This document shows positions 13,841 to 25,586 of a stretch of DNA of 64,000 nucleotides, one piece after another. This stretch comes from Paraspadella gotoi. Its lineage: Eukaryota; Animalia; Chaetognatha. The translations under genes were made by a program, and so were the position numbers. The DNA is taken from the NCBI GenBank assembly GCA_051294375.1, contig CM119266.1, positions 15,931,596-15,995,595 of the forward strand. Reading direction: 5' to 3'. The number at the start of each line of letters is the position of its first letter. Position 1 is the stretch's first letter. The notes below the pieces were generated by a model that saw only the letters and a list, made by a program, of their open reading frames with translations, did not search any database and was not told the origin of the DNA.

Positions 13841-15224
13841 TAAAGAGGAAGAGATGAGGAACTTGCGTTGAATCAGATTCAAAGGAATGTTTCAAACATT
13901 CGAAGCCCCAAATTTTTATCAAAGATACTGGAGAAAGTAATTTTTTAAGTATATACTTACACATATACATATATACACCTGAATTTGAATTAATGTTAAT
14001 CTTCCGACATAGTAATGACGAAAGGGGTCGCGGGTGGGATCTATTAGTAAAATTAAATAGATTATTAAATAAATGATTATTAAAAAAAAAAATTTTATTT
14101 AATGCACCGTCACCTGATTCAAGGTTAATTTTCGTGGGAAAATTTTCAAATGACTTTTTCCCATCGCATCGATAATTTTTTGATCGCGTGAAAATTCGAG
14201 AAATGCTTGGAAAAATACGGTTATATGTTAGCTATGTTATCATACCCCTCGCATTTTCATAAACAATCTTTTTTTCCTTCTCGGCCTCAGGTTCGATTTT
14301 AAATTTTGACTCTTAACTCGCATTGACGTTTAAAAAAAATTTCCTGAAAAAAGTTGAAAGCTTCTTTCGAAGGTAAATAAGGCAGGCACTTGCACCTGCC
14401 TCAAAGACTGGCTGGGGGCGATGGTGAACAAAGATTCATTCATAAATGAAAAGTGTGATACAAACTTTTGTGCATCAACGCAGAAATATAAATATAAACA
14501 AATAAAAACTTCGATTTTTAAATCGGGCAATTGTATACATTTGATTATAGAAGATTAACCCTGAAATCGGAAAAGCGTTCAATTAAGGGGAGACAAAGAG
14601 AAGGTTATTGTTTTGACATTTCGAAAAAAGGTCTTTGGTTCGTGGGAGGTTAAAAAAAAATGGGAGGAAGGTTAGTAAAGATCCATCCAAAAGAGACAAA
14701 TAAAAAAAGGGGGATGCGAAAGATTTTGAGTGAAGCTCTGGGTGTCGACGACCGATAATCCGGTAAACGAATAGAGAGTTTCTAGTCTGAAGCTCCGAAC
14801 GAAAGTTTACCTTTTCTTCTGGTATTTCCACGTTGAAACCAGGTCCTGGTAATGTTTGTTTAAAGCCGCCGGGGAAGGGGGAAGAAGAGGTGGGAAGAGA
14901 GAAACTAGGAGAGTGGAGTTACAGTCAGAGCGGAAAAGAAGGTGCGTCAACGAGCCTTTTATTTATTTATTTATTTATCTAATAAATGTGACGGAGGAAA
15001 TTATAAGTGAGAATCTAATAAATGTAATAATCTAAATATAATAAATATAAGTGAAAATCTTATAAATGTGTCGGGGAAATTATAAGTGAGAGCTTGAATA
15101 TTGAGGCGTGGAAATCGCGTAATTGTAAATTACTAATTAAAATTTTTATTTGAGACGCCGTAAATCTTCTTAAAATGATTAAGAGTGAATAATAAAGTTG
15201 GCGATGTTCCGAAATAAGATTTTT

Positions 15225-16152
15225 TTACCATTCATAACCTGTCGGTAAATGAAAGTTATTTTTGTTGAATCAGTATAATAGTCCGATGCAAACATAGATA
15301 ATCTCACCTCTTCCAAAAACTTCTATCTCTTGAAGGCAATTGGTGTCATTATTGTTTATCTCCATTTCAACACTCAACGAGTCTGCCCAGTGACTTTTGG
15401 AATCGCTTCCGCAACGAATCAAGAGTGGGTTCGGGACATATGATATATTTTTTTCGAACCAAGACCCGCAAAGGCGTTTGTTTTTTGTTTTTTCATCGAT
15501 CTATAAAATTATGAAAAACTAATAGCAAGAAAATTATTATACTATATTTCGGTATAGGCGAGATTACCATAAAAACTTTCGACGTAGATGGCTCCCATGC
15601 GAATATTTTTACAAAAGCAACTTGAACGAGTTGAGGAAATACCAGAGTTACAGTAGCATTGCCTGATTCAAAGTAGACTCCGGTTCTTTGATCGCTCCGT
15701 CCATCCACCAAGGACGATAAATTTGTATTTATTATTTCCGGAGAGGAAAAAATTTCACTCAAATTTCTGGCCATGTTTGTTGAATCTAAATAAAAAAAAA
15801 ACCTTTTGAAATAATTACGTAACTACGAATTAATATTTTGGGAAATTTACCGAAAACAGGAGCGAGAGGTAAACCGACTTCGCATTTTCCTACAAATGAT
15901 CATTGAAAATTACGCAGAAATTTACGATGTTTAAGATGTTGCTAGTAATAATATAGATTATATAGAGAGTATTTAATTTTTTTCATGAGAAACGAAAAAA
16001 AAAAATAATTACAAACCGTTTGTCCATTGAGTTGCTAAACATTCGTGCAATGTGCAAGAATAACCGCATGAGATATTGTACATCGTGCCAGAGGCAACGT
16101 TGACAAACGTGTTCAACGACAAAAAAGAAAACAGGAAGACTGTAAACTTCAT
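15225..16152 (-). CDS. Secreted CGYSC-module plus divergent F-type lectin (F5/8-type-C fold) protein lacking the fucose motif (about 199 aa)
   Basis: Exons 16152-16017, 15889-15851 (39 nt), 15785-15568, 15500-15308 and 15238-15225 are GT-AG and phase-consistent. Translation: MKFTVFLFSFLSLNTFVNVASG..CGYSCTLHEC..GKCEV..NMAR..LVDG..LCGSW..PLLIRC..LQEIEVFGRGYEW*. Colinear with the neighbouring gene; the last micro-exon is less certain. Confidence 0.78.
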
Positions 16153-16691
16153 CTTTGGTTTTTTTACGGCAGAAAAACTGTAAATTAGTTTTAAAGGAAT
16201 AATACTTTAGGGATATGGAAGATTTATCTACCGAGTTCATTAATCTCCATGCCAATATAATACACCCGATAGTACTTCTTGGGTTTCCTATTTTCATCGA
16301 TCGATTTGATATATTAAGCGAAACGAACGAAAAACGAGATGGAAAGAGTTTTCCTCGTTGAAAAGTGTGCAATACTGTGCAGACTCCAGTAGGAAAATAG
16401 CTAATATAATATTTATAGGCTTGCTTAGATATGGTTTTTTTTTTTTTTTTTTTTTGGCTTTTTAAGACCAAGAAAGAAAAAATTATTCTTTTTCTTTTAA
16501 TGAAATTTCAAATCAGGCATACTTAAAATTCTTTGCGAAGAGGGTTTCGAAAAAGGCTCGATCGCTTTAATATCTCAATACATTTTTCATACTTAATAAA
16601 CCTTCTATGAGTCGTTCCAAAGGCTTTCGTTTTTATTACATTGGGCATTCAAAAAATTTAATATTAAAACGCAAAATTCGGATTCCCCGCT

Positions 16692-17858
16692 TCATTCGTC
16701 CACAACTCGACCGTAAACCTCGACCTCGTGAACGTTGAAAAACAAAGGATCATTTCGTGTGATTCTGATCTTCAAAACCCGCCCCTCCAGCCCCTCGTCG
16801 CCGTTGCAGCGCACGTGGATGGGATCCGTCGTGACGATCGGGATTTCGGGCGCGCCCACATCCCAGATTCCACAGAGATCGGCGTCGTCGATCCCGTCGG
16901 CGTCCTCGCCTATCTGATAGACGACGAAGACAACAATAATGTGGCGAAGTAATAGTAATGTAATAGTAATAGTAATAGTAATGTCGTAGGAAGAGAAACG
17001 TTTCCTCTCACCGTAACTTTGAAAGGGAAAAGCCGCTCCTGGCAGCAATCGCGACGATTGAAGATCTTCAAGTCTTTCACTTTCACTTTCTGGTTGAACT
17101 TCATGAGGAGGAAGGGATGAAGGTCGAGGCCGGAGTGAAAGAGTGTGTGTGCGTTACCGTCGATTGCCTTGTCCGGTCCGACGGGGTGGTCGCTCAGAAA
17201 TGACGATGCCTCCACCTGAGCCGATCTCGCCAGGTTTATGTCGCCTTGAAATAGATCGTGTTTAAAATTTAAAATTGGGAGACGTTTTAATGTTTTCTAC
17301 GACTATACTAATAAAGTCGTTGTAGTAAACATAAAAACGTCTCCAAATACTCAATCACAACGAAAAGAAAGGAAATTCATGTCTAAAATGTAAAATTTAA
17401 ATCGTTCGTAATTGTACATATTTTATTCGCTGAATATTTTTTTTTTTTTTTTTTTTTTTGAAACGTGGGTTATATCCTCACTTCCTCAGTTGTCAGAGGC
17501 GCAGGGCATGGGTCGGAATGTGCAGACGAAATGATACGATATGAAGATTTACTTTTTTTAATTACCTGAATCTCTGTTTATCCTAAGGAATTGTTTGCAA
17601 CCATCTGAATAAAAAAAAAGTTTCATCAGGAAAACCAATTCAAAAATAATATTTAAATGTTCTTACACAATTTGGCTTATAAAGTCATATTTCCGGCCGG
17701 CCAAAGCAAAACATACCGATTTTGTAGAGCGAGTAACAAGATTGGTTGTTGCATGAATAACCACAAAAGGTGTGTTGTAAAACTAGAAGGCCCTCCGTTT
17801 GCCCAATAAATAAAAACAAAGAGGTGATTAAAACGAATTGCAAGGCAAGCCCCGCCAT
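16692..17858 (-). CDS. Secreted F-type lectin (fucolectin domain) with N-terminal CGYSC Cys module (about 211 aa)
   Basis: Exons 17858-17717, 17604-17566 (39 nt), 17244-17012 and 16913-16692. Signal peptide MAGLALQFVLITSLFLFIGQTEG. Domain NLAR..AIDGN..FHS-..-NRRDCCQERL..LCG..C..EVEVYG, containing the exact H-x26-R-x-D-x4-R fucose-binding motif and the hhDGx cation motif. Confidence 0.88.
17275..17346. repeat. About 72-bp imperfect hairpin in intron 2 of the F-type lectin gene
   Basis: TTGGGAGACGTTTTAATGTTTTCTACGACT pairs with AGTCGTTGTAGTAAACATAAAAACGTCTCCAA around a loop of about 10 nt. Confidence 0.8.
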
Positions 17859-18481
17859 TTTCGTTGAAGTTACGTAAGAGAAAAATAAGTCATCATTCAG
17901 TTTCGTTGGATGTTCCGTAAACAAACTGATTAAAATTAATATATCGATTCGAAAAATAATCCTTTCCGGCTTTCGTAAGGGAATTAACGCACGAATTAGA
18001 TTTTGAGGAAATAGACAAATTTAAAAAAAATTACAAATGCAGTTTAGTGAAATTGTTCAAAGTAAATTATAAAGATTTGCTTAAATAAATTTTAAGTAAA
18101 AGTAGTTGATATTTATAGTGTTAGTAATGATATTATGTATATTCAAACTGGAAGACGACGAGAAAACTCTAAATTAATCTAAATTTTAAAAACAATACAG
18201 CGAGGGAAAATTGCATAAACAAAAATATAATGTAAAAAGTAATTCCTAAAATAAAATTTTCACATAAATAATTTTGTATTTTGTGACTCAAATAATCTTA
18301 AAAGGAATTAAGTAATTAATGTTGAATTTAAAAAATATATTTTTCGATGTATGGAATCTAGCTAATAAATTTGAAAGATTTGAAAAATAAATTAAATTTA
18401 AATGTTTATTATTTTTTTAATAATCACCTTCAAAATTAATCTTCCGCTTGGATTAATGAATCTCATTGACATGACCAGATT

Positions 18482-18526
<45 letters not shown>

Positions 18527-19112
18527 CCCGCAGAATCTGCCGAAGTCATTCCGGTCTCTGACGTAAAAAGGTAAATTGATGTGGCAGGCACCGGTGCAGT
18601 CCAGGTGTTGATCCTGGGGAGTGGGGAAGGAGAAGAGGGAGTCGTGGGAGGAGACTGGGTGGAGCACAGGGAGGATAACGGAGGAGCAAGGAGGTGGAGG
18701 GGAAGAAAAAAGGGATAATTATATGATAAAGAGGAAAACGGTTGGGAGGAGTACGTAGTGGAAAGTGAATGAAATCAATAATTAGTTGGGAGGAAAACAA
18801 ATCTGGAAAGAAGCAACCGTTGAAATGGGCGGAAAACGGGGGAGGGGGCTTGGGAGAAAAGTGGCGCGAACTTGTTTTTACAACGAAATTCGCTCAAAAT
18901 ATCCCCAGGCTTAAAACAGCAGGCTGAAACGTAAAAGTACGAATTGGAAAAGCTAAACAACTTTTTTAAAATTTCACCTGCAAAAAAAAAATAATGATAA
19001 GCCATAAGGCGGGAAATTTTGGCGAATGGGGGCGATGATATTAAAGGTTGGTACTAGGTACGTCCCTGCCGCCTTGACTCGTCTGCTCGGAGAGAGATGA
19101 GTGGAGTTCGGT

Positions 19113-19180
19113 TGACAAAACTTCTTTAAAAAGAATTTGGGTGACAAAACTTCTTTAAAAAGAATTTGGGTGACAAAACT
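19113..19180. repeat. 29-bp tandem repeat, about 2.3 copies
   Basis: tgacaaaacttctttaaaaagaatttggg starts at 19113 and 19142, with a partial copy at 19171. Confidence 0.9.
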
Positions 19181-20516
19181 GAGGGGCTGAGGTTTAGAGC
19201 GAAAAGTGTTGAATAGGGTGGGGCGCTGAGTAGTGAGAGGGAGGGTCGAAATAACGACGAGGAAAAACATAAGGTGATCCTAAATGGAATTCCCGCTGAG
19301 GCAAAACATCGGAAGAAATTCCTTCCAACATTTACTTAGGTTTTTTTTTTGTATAAGAGGGAAAAAGCATCGGCAAAAAATATAGAGAATTTTGAAATGT
19401 TTGTTTCTCATCGTTCTTTTATTTCACGAGCGAAAGTCTCAATTAAAATTTAATGTATAACGAGTAAATTAGAATATAACATAGGTATAGTTATTTTTAG
19501 TTGTAAATACTAAATCAATAGTAATGTCAAAACGAGATATATAATAAGGAACTATCCCAAAGGAAAGGGCGAAAGTGAAAATAGTTCACGAAGAAAAAGA
19601 TGACCTTCGAAACGACCCTTTCCTGCCTTCCTAACAATCCCTACCAACAAAAATACAATTAAATTAGAAAAAGTGAGTTTTCTTCGCGAGATATCCAAGA
19701 TTTCCGCCGCTGGATCGCGGCTCCGCGTCGAAGCTCGACCCTCGACGTCCCAGCGGGGAGACCAGGATGACTCGCAATTTTCTGACCGAGTTTTCACAAT
19801 CTAATTTAGCTTTACGTGACCGATTTAATTTTGGCTTTTGTCCCTTTCACCGATCAGAGGACGGTGTGAGAGAGAAATTCGGAAAAAGGTGACGGGATGG
19901 CTGGACGTACATATTAATGAAAAGAGAGCTGTAATGACTTGTGGCTCACTCGAATTCGATCTTGCTGGAACATTTCCTTTTAACTCGCCAATATTGTAAC
20001 GAGCGATACCGTCAATTAGCGCGAATCGAGGCGCTTTCCCTCTCGGAGAATTGATGAAAAGCAAAGTCGTCGCGAAAAGCCAAGAGCGAGAAAATTTGGG
20101 GATCGATAATTCAATAACGAAACCTGGATTGGCTCTCGTCCAATCGGAAACCGTCGCGCTATTTTTTTCTTTAGTGGCGACCGCCAGAGTCAAGCTTATT
20201 TCTAATTTTTTTCCAAAGATTAACTCTTACGATTTCAATTTCAAGCGACTTGAGGTCAGCAGGAAACGCCGTTTGGATTGAAATATCAAGGTTAAACTTA
20301 AAAAGTGTTTTAATTCGATAGTATCCAGTTAATGTTCGACTAATAAAACACCGACTCGCCTCTCAACGGAGGCCACTGGATTTTTTTTATGTCCGCCTAT
20401 TGAATGAATAGGGAACGAATGAATTCGGGCGGACGGAACGAGGAAAGGAAGCCAGGTTGAAAATTTAATTTGCAGAGGAAAAAAAGGGGAGAGGAAAAGA
20501 CCGAAGAGAGCGGTGG

Positions 20517-20553
<37 letters not shown>

Positions 20554-20646
20554 CTGTTACAAATTACGCTCCTGTCTACACAGACGCCGCGCCATACCTT
20601 CTTCGCCCCACCTATTTTAGTCGCCCTCCTCTCCTTTCCCGTGTCG

Positions 20647-20867
20647 AGGGTCAAAACCGAGAGGCGTTTCGTGAAAAGTGAGGTCAAGACTCAGGGGACG
20701 GCGGGAAAACCTGCTAATCGGACCCCAGGTCAAAGAAAGGGGAGAAAGCTGGGTCGGGAAAGGTCGGGTCAGGTAGGCGTTTGCAATATGAGAGGGAGGC
20801 GATTTCAAAAGGTGAAAAAAGGTAAGTAGTAGGCGGGTTGGGCAACGGAGTTTGAGGTCAAAGGTCA
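20647..20867 (+). promoter_or_regulatory. Nuclear-receptor half-site cluster ending in a perfect DR1 element
   Basis: AGGTCA-A-AGGTCA at 20855-20867, preceded within about 210 bp by four more RGGTCA half-sites on the same strand (about 20648, 20681, 20727, 20766). Confidence 0.5.
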
Positions 20868-20939
20868 CGCCGTGAACGCCCACAGGTCGGGCGAATGTCG
20901 TCGAAGAAAAACGAAGAAAAAAGGAGAAAGAATTAAAAA

Positions 20940-21230
20940 AAAATATATATATAAATAAATAAATAAATAAAAAATAAAAAATATAAAAAACATAAAAAAT
21001 AAAAAAAATATAAAAAACTACTATAAAAAATACTTTTTAAAATACTATAAAAATACTATAAAAATACTATAAAAAATACTATAAAAAATACTATAAAAAA
21101 TATAAAAAATTTAAAAATTTAAAAATTTAAAAATTTAAAAATTTAAAAATTTAAAAATTTAAAAATTTAAAAATTTAAAAATTAAAAATTAAAAATTAAA
21201 ATTAAAAAATAAAAAAATTAAAAAATAAGA
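20940..21230. repeat. AT-rich minisatellite block ((AAAATACTAT)n, (AAAAATTT)n)
   Basis: Directly visible tandem units. Confidence 0.85.
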
Positions 21231-21488
21231 AAGTTACTACGATGACCAAAAAAGGAAAACACAACCAGAAACAAACTAAAAAGAATGCAAACAAACAATC
21301 ATTTTCAAGTAATTTATTTACGTAATGACAACTTTGGGAAACCTGAGGCGAGTCAGGGCGGAAATATAAATAAATAATTTCTTGAGTGATTGAGGTTAAT
21401 TAAGGAAAGACCGCCGTGAATAGTCGGAAAGTCGAAAAGAAATTGAAAAATTAATTAATCGACAAATGACGGATGGAGAGAGAGACAG

Positions 21489-21538
<50 letters not shown>

Positions 21539-23751
21539 CCGGCTTATTTTCCTCAAAATTTTCGGACCCGATCCTCCCCCTTCCTAAAACACCCTGCAAT
21601 CCCCCCCTTCCCTTAAATCCGGTGCCCGGCCGACCGCGAAATTAATTAACGGTTTTTCTGCCTCAAAAAAGTTTTTCTTGTTTCAGGTTCGAGTTTCACC
21701 TTTTCGATGCCCGCGGGTGGGAAATTTTTTCCTTCAGCCTCCGGGCGGCGGATTTGAATGAAGGAAGGTGGGTGTGGATGGGTAGAGTAGAGTAGTTTTT
21801 CGATGGTGGTGTCTGTGAAAATGAGGTAAAAAAAGATGCGGAAAAAACTTTTTAAAAATCTTATGGGATAAATTCTTGTTGTTGCGGACTTAATTGTGGA
21901 AAAAGTTGAAAATATACTTAGGGTTGTCTCAGACTCCTTTATTTGCTTTTTTTATTGTTTATTTTTTTTTGGGGGGGGTTGTTGTTTTTGCAATGAATTA
22001 GGATGTTGTTCGGCAGAACAAGCGAAAATGTATGATTCTGGTAGCTGAAAAAAATACCTAAAGGTAATTGTGGATGAGATAAAAACATTTTTCGAAGTAC
22101 CGCATAATAATTTCAAATCGGGAAAGAAATTACGCTTACCGAATTCGTGCATAACTTTTTAATATTTTTTATTTTAGAATTCATACTAGTATATAAAAAG
22201 GTCAATAAATGTTGCAACCTCTCCTTTCGGGCCACTCAAAACATCATCCGCGGTCCGATCCGATAGGGAAAAATATGGATGTACCGGGAGAAGTGAAGAA
22301 GGGGAAATGGATTTTCGTTGGAGAAAAAGCTGGTGGGCCAGCTATTTCAAATCAATGAATAAGGGACAGAAATCTTACAAAATGAAAGAAGATAAGGTAT
22401 AATAATAGTATCCCTGTGGTTAACGGGGAGTGATAGGCAAAGGACCTCGTAGTAGAGAAAAGAGAAGAGAAGGAAAGATAGCTATCCCACTTTAGGGACG
22501 AGAGGAAGAGGGAAGGAAGGGGCTGGAGTTGATTTTTTCTAAATCGATTCAAGAAAGAGAAGAAGTTTATTCAATGATACTTTTTGTGTTTGCGTGACTC
22601 TGAGGTCGGGACGAAAGGAATTGATTTTCCCCCAAAGAAGAAAGATAAAGAGGGAGCAGAGGGAAGCGGGGAGTGGAGGGATGTTGAACGCTGAAGAAAA
22701 AAGTAAAGGGTTGGTGAGCCGACGTTATCGAGATTGAGAGGTGGTATTAAATCACTATTGAAATATATTGGCATTGATAATAATGATATTAGGTCATTTT
22801 TAATTTCCGCTATTTATTTCCTCCACAAAGAGGAGCAGCTTTGAATCTTCCGACGTTTGGACACAATTTAAATTCGTGAATTTTCTGATGCATCCTGTCA
22901 TCCCGACGCCCTTCACCTGCGACCAACGCCCTCCGCCCGCCTTCCCGCCAGCCCGCCAGCCCACCATCCCGCCAGCCCGCGCAAAGTATAAAATAGGTCA
23001 ACCCCGTTGAGATAATTTCATCGCTCATCCATTCGTCGCTACAAACACGAGAAAGAACAACAACGACGACGACAAAATCAAAACAAACGAGAAATTCGAG
23101 ACGAAAGATGACGACGCCGATCGTAACACCTACGCGATCGAATCGTGTTTGATCACCTGTGATTATGCGATCGTCGAAAATCTCAATGGGATCTCTGGGT
23201 CACGTAAATCTATGTCGAAGAAAGTCAAACTATGTTTAATCGTTTAAAAGACGAAATAGGCCTGAATTCTACGAGGATGTCTTTGATTTTAGGCCAAGAA
23301 AATCGGTTCAAACGCTATCTAGTTTGCCCTCATTTCAAAGCTACGACTCGTTTTAGATTCAATTCCATTTCTTAATTTTTTTTGTTGTTTTCCTTATCTC
23401 CTTATAAACATTTTTTTATAAAGTTTTTCTCTCCTTATCTCGTTCCTGCGTCGGTCGGTTTTTTCTTCCTCATTATCGTCGTCATTGTCGTCGTCGTCGT
23501 CTGAACATCACCGATTCAATATATTTCAATTTTAAAAACCACAAAAAAAGTTTGTTCGGTCGTCATTGTAGACTCGTGCAAATTTAAATTCTAATCGAAC
23601 GGAAAAAAAAATGTCAAAAGAATTGACAGATTCCGGAGTAGAAATTTGTAAACAAAATTCCCGGTTCTTCTATAAAAGTAAACAGAAGGAAATCGACGTC
23701 TGTTCAGAAATCGAACGTCACGATGTGAAAAGAAAAGAGTCGGAGAGAGAA

Positions 23752-23786
<35 letters not shown>

Positions 23787-25339
23787 CAGAGAGAGAGAGA
23801 GTGGCAAAATAACATTGATATTTTAAAAATAAAAATTGCCAAAAAAATACTATTAAGATTATAGTAGTAAAAATGTAGTTAAATTATATTACAGTGTTTA
23901 AACGCCGATGCACACAAAAGTAATAAAATAAAATTAACTCGAATAACAATTATTCAATATTTGAGCTCGTAATGTTACAGCTAAGAAAAACATAGTAGAA
24001 ATACGAAACCAAAAAAAAAAACACAAAAAAAAACTGTTTGTCTGTTGAGTCCCCCTTCCAGGAAAACGTCGAGAAAGTTTACTCGAGAGGTGATCAATGA
24101 ATTCGGGGATTTTAAGTGGGAAGGAAAGGGGAGTGGGTCGGTGGTGAGGTCGTGGGGTGGTTGGGTGGTGAGTTGGGAGTGGCGAGGGAGCCGTATGAGG
24201 GGAACCGGGTAAAGATTGTGAAGAGGAAAGGGAGATTAATGGATCGCGAGATTTTCACAAACTGAATGGCAGAGACAAAATCTTGAGGCAGGAGAATTTA
24301 ATGATTTTAGAACCGCCCGAGGAGAAAACAATCGACACGTCAAAAAGAGAACCTATTATAACCCCCCAAAAATTCTGAGAGCCACAGTAACAAAAAACAT
24401 TTACTTCTTCTTCCTCGGAGTCATATTGTTCTATTTCTTTACCTGTGTCTGATTTAGTGTTAGGCAGTGTCTACGAAATGGCTTTTGTCAAGAAATGAAC
24501 TGAATCTCCTGATTCCTCAAATATGAATGATGAATTTTTAATTCTTTGGACTATATCACAAATAGTGCCCAACAATCGAGTAAATAAAACCATTCCTTTA
24601 TAAATTTGATACAGTAAAGTTAGTTTTTAAGCAATTTTTATCTTCAAAAATCTTATCCATTTTTGTCCATTTCCAGTTTTGGCACTTATTTTCAAGGTGA
24701 AGATAGAAAAAGAAAATTTTTTTACTTTGCTTTTGGGTTTGCCTTCATGTTCTTTCTACTGGGGTAGAAGCATTTTTGTTAATGATTCACCGTTTGTCTG
24801 CAATGAATTTTTAAAAATGTTTAGTCAAAAAATGGCATTTTTTCATTTCATTATTTTAAACTAACTGAACATTATTTAAATTAATTGAAACTAATGCAAA
24901 ATATTCCCCACATGATAAGCTAATTATATCTGTAATATAAAGAAATAAGCTTCATGCGTTTTCTTAAAAAAAATTTTTTAAGATGTCTTTGAATTTGTGA
25001 TTTTTTGTGATTGTAGTTTATTTTTAATTTCGACTTTAGATTTATTTGTTTTTATAGTTTTATTAGTTGGACTAGTTATTATTCTTGTTAAATCTTAAAA
25101 AACCGCATCATTTTGCGTTATCTTAAAGCATCAGGAGAATTTTTTAATCTTTTTTTCCGAGTGTCGACAAGATTATTAAGAAAATTATTCCGCAAAATCT
25201 GTCGACTTTACTAAATCTGCTAAGCAACCAAAATTGAAAAAAAAATCGCGAGTTACCGAATTATTTGGAGCATAAACCAAAAAATAAATAATACAGAAAA
25301 AAAAGAATAAAAGGAATAAGGAAAGAGAAAATAGGAGAG

Positions 25340-25586
25340 AGAAAGTAAGAGAGAGATGTGGATAAGGCGCAACGTGGGCTGAAGATGACTGTCCGTAACT
25401 TCTATAACCCCCTCTAGCAGCCATGGAACGGGTCCCTGGGCTTGGAACCAGGCTTGAGGGTTTGCCATGCCCCCAAGGCGGCTTACGGCCGTCCTCACGA
25501 TTCCCGCAGGGTAGGTACCGGGTTGGGATTGAACCTGGTACCTAGTGGTCATAAGCTGATGGCTTTACTCAATGAGCCACCGGGTC
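25340..25586 (-). mobile_element. tRNA-derived SINE
   Basis: The minus strand starts GACCCGGTGGCTCATTGAGTAAAGC, with an A-box-like TGGCTCATTGAG (25568-25579) and a B box GGTTCAATCC (25526-25535) at tRNA spacing. A GC-rich body of about 160 bp and a CT-rich tail follow. The cloverleaf is degenerate and no target-site duplication was found; the 3' end is approximate. Confidence 0.7.

Noticed and set aside
17482-17565. Possible extra exon (...SAHSDPCPAPLTTEE|gtgag) in the F-type lectin gene
   Set aside because: The simpler 39-nt exon model matches the paralogue exactly in size and phase. An alternative isoform cannot be excluded.
19113-19180. 29-bp repeat as a CRISPR-like array
   Set aside because: Head-to-tail units with no spacers, in a eukaryotic context with no cas genes.
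25515-25586. Functional tRNA gene
   Set aside because: Acceptor, anticodon and T stems pair poorly, and the sequence continues into a SINE-like body.
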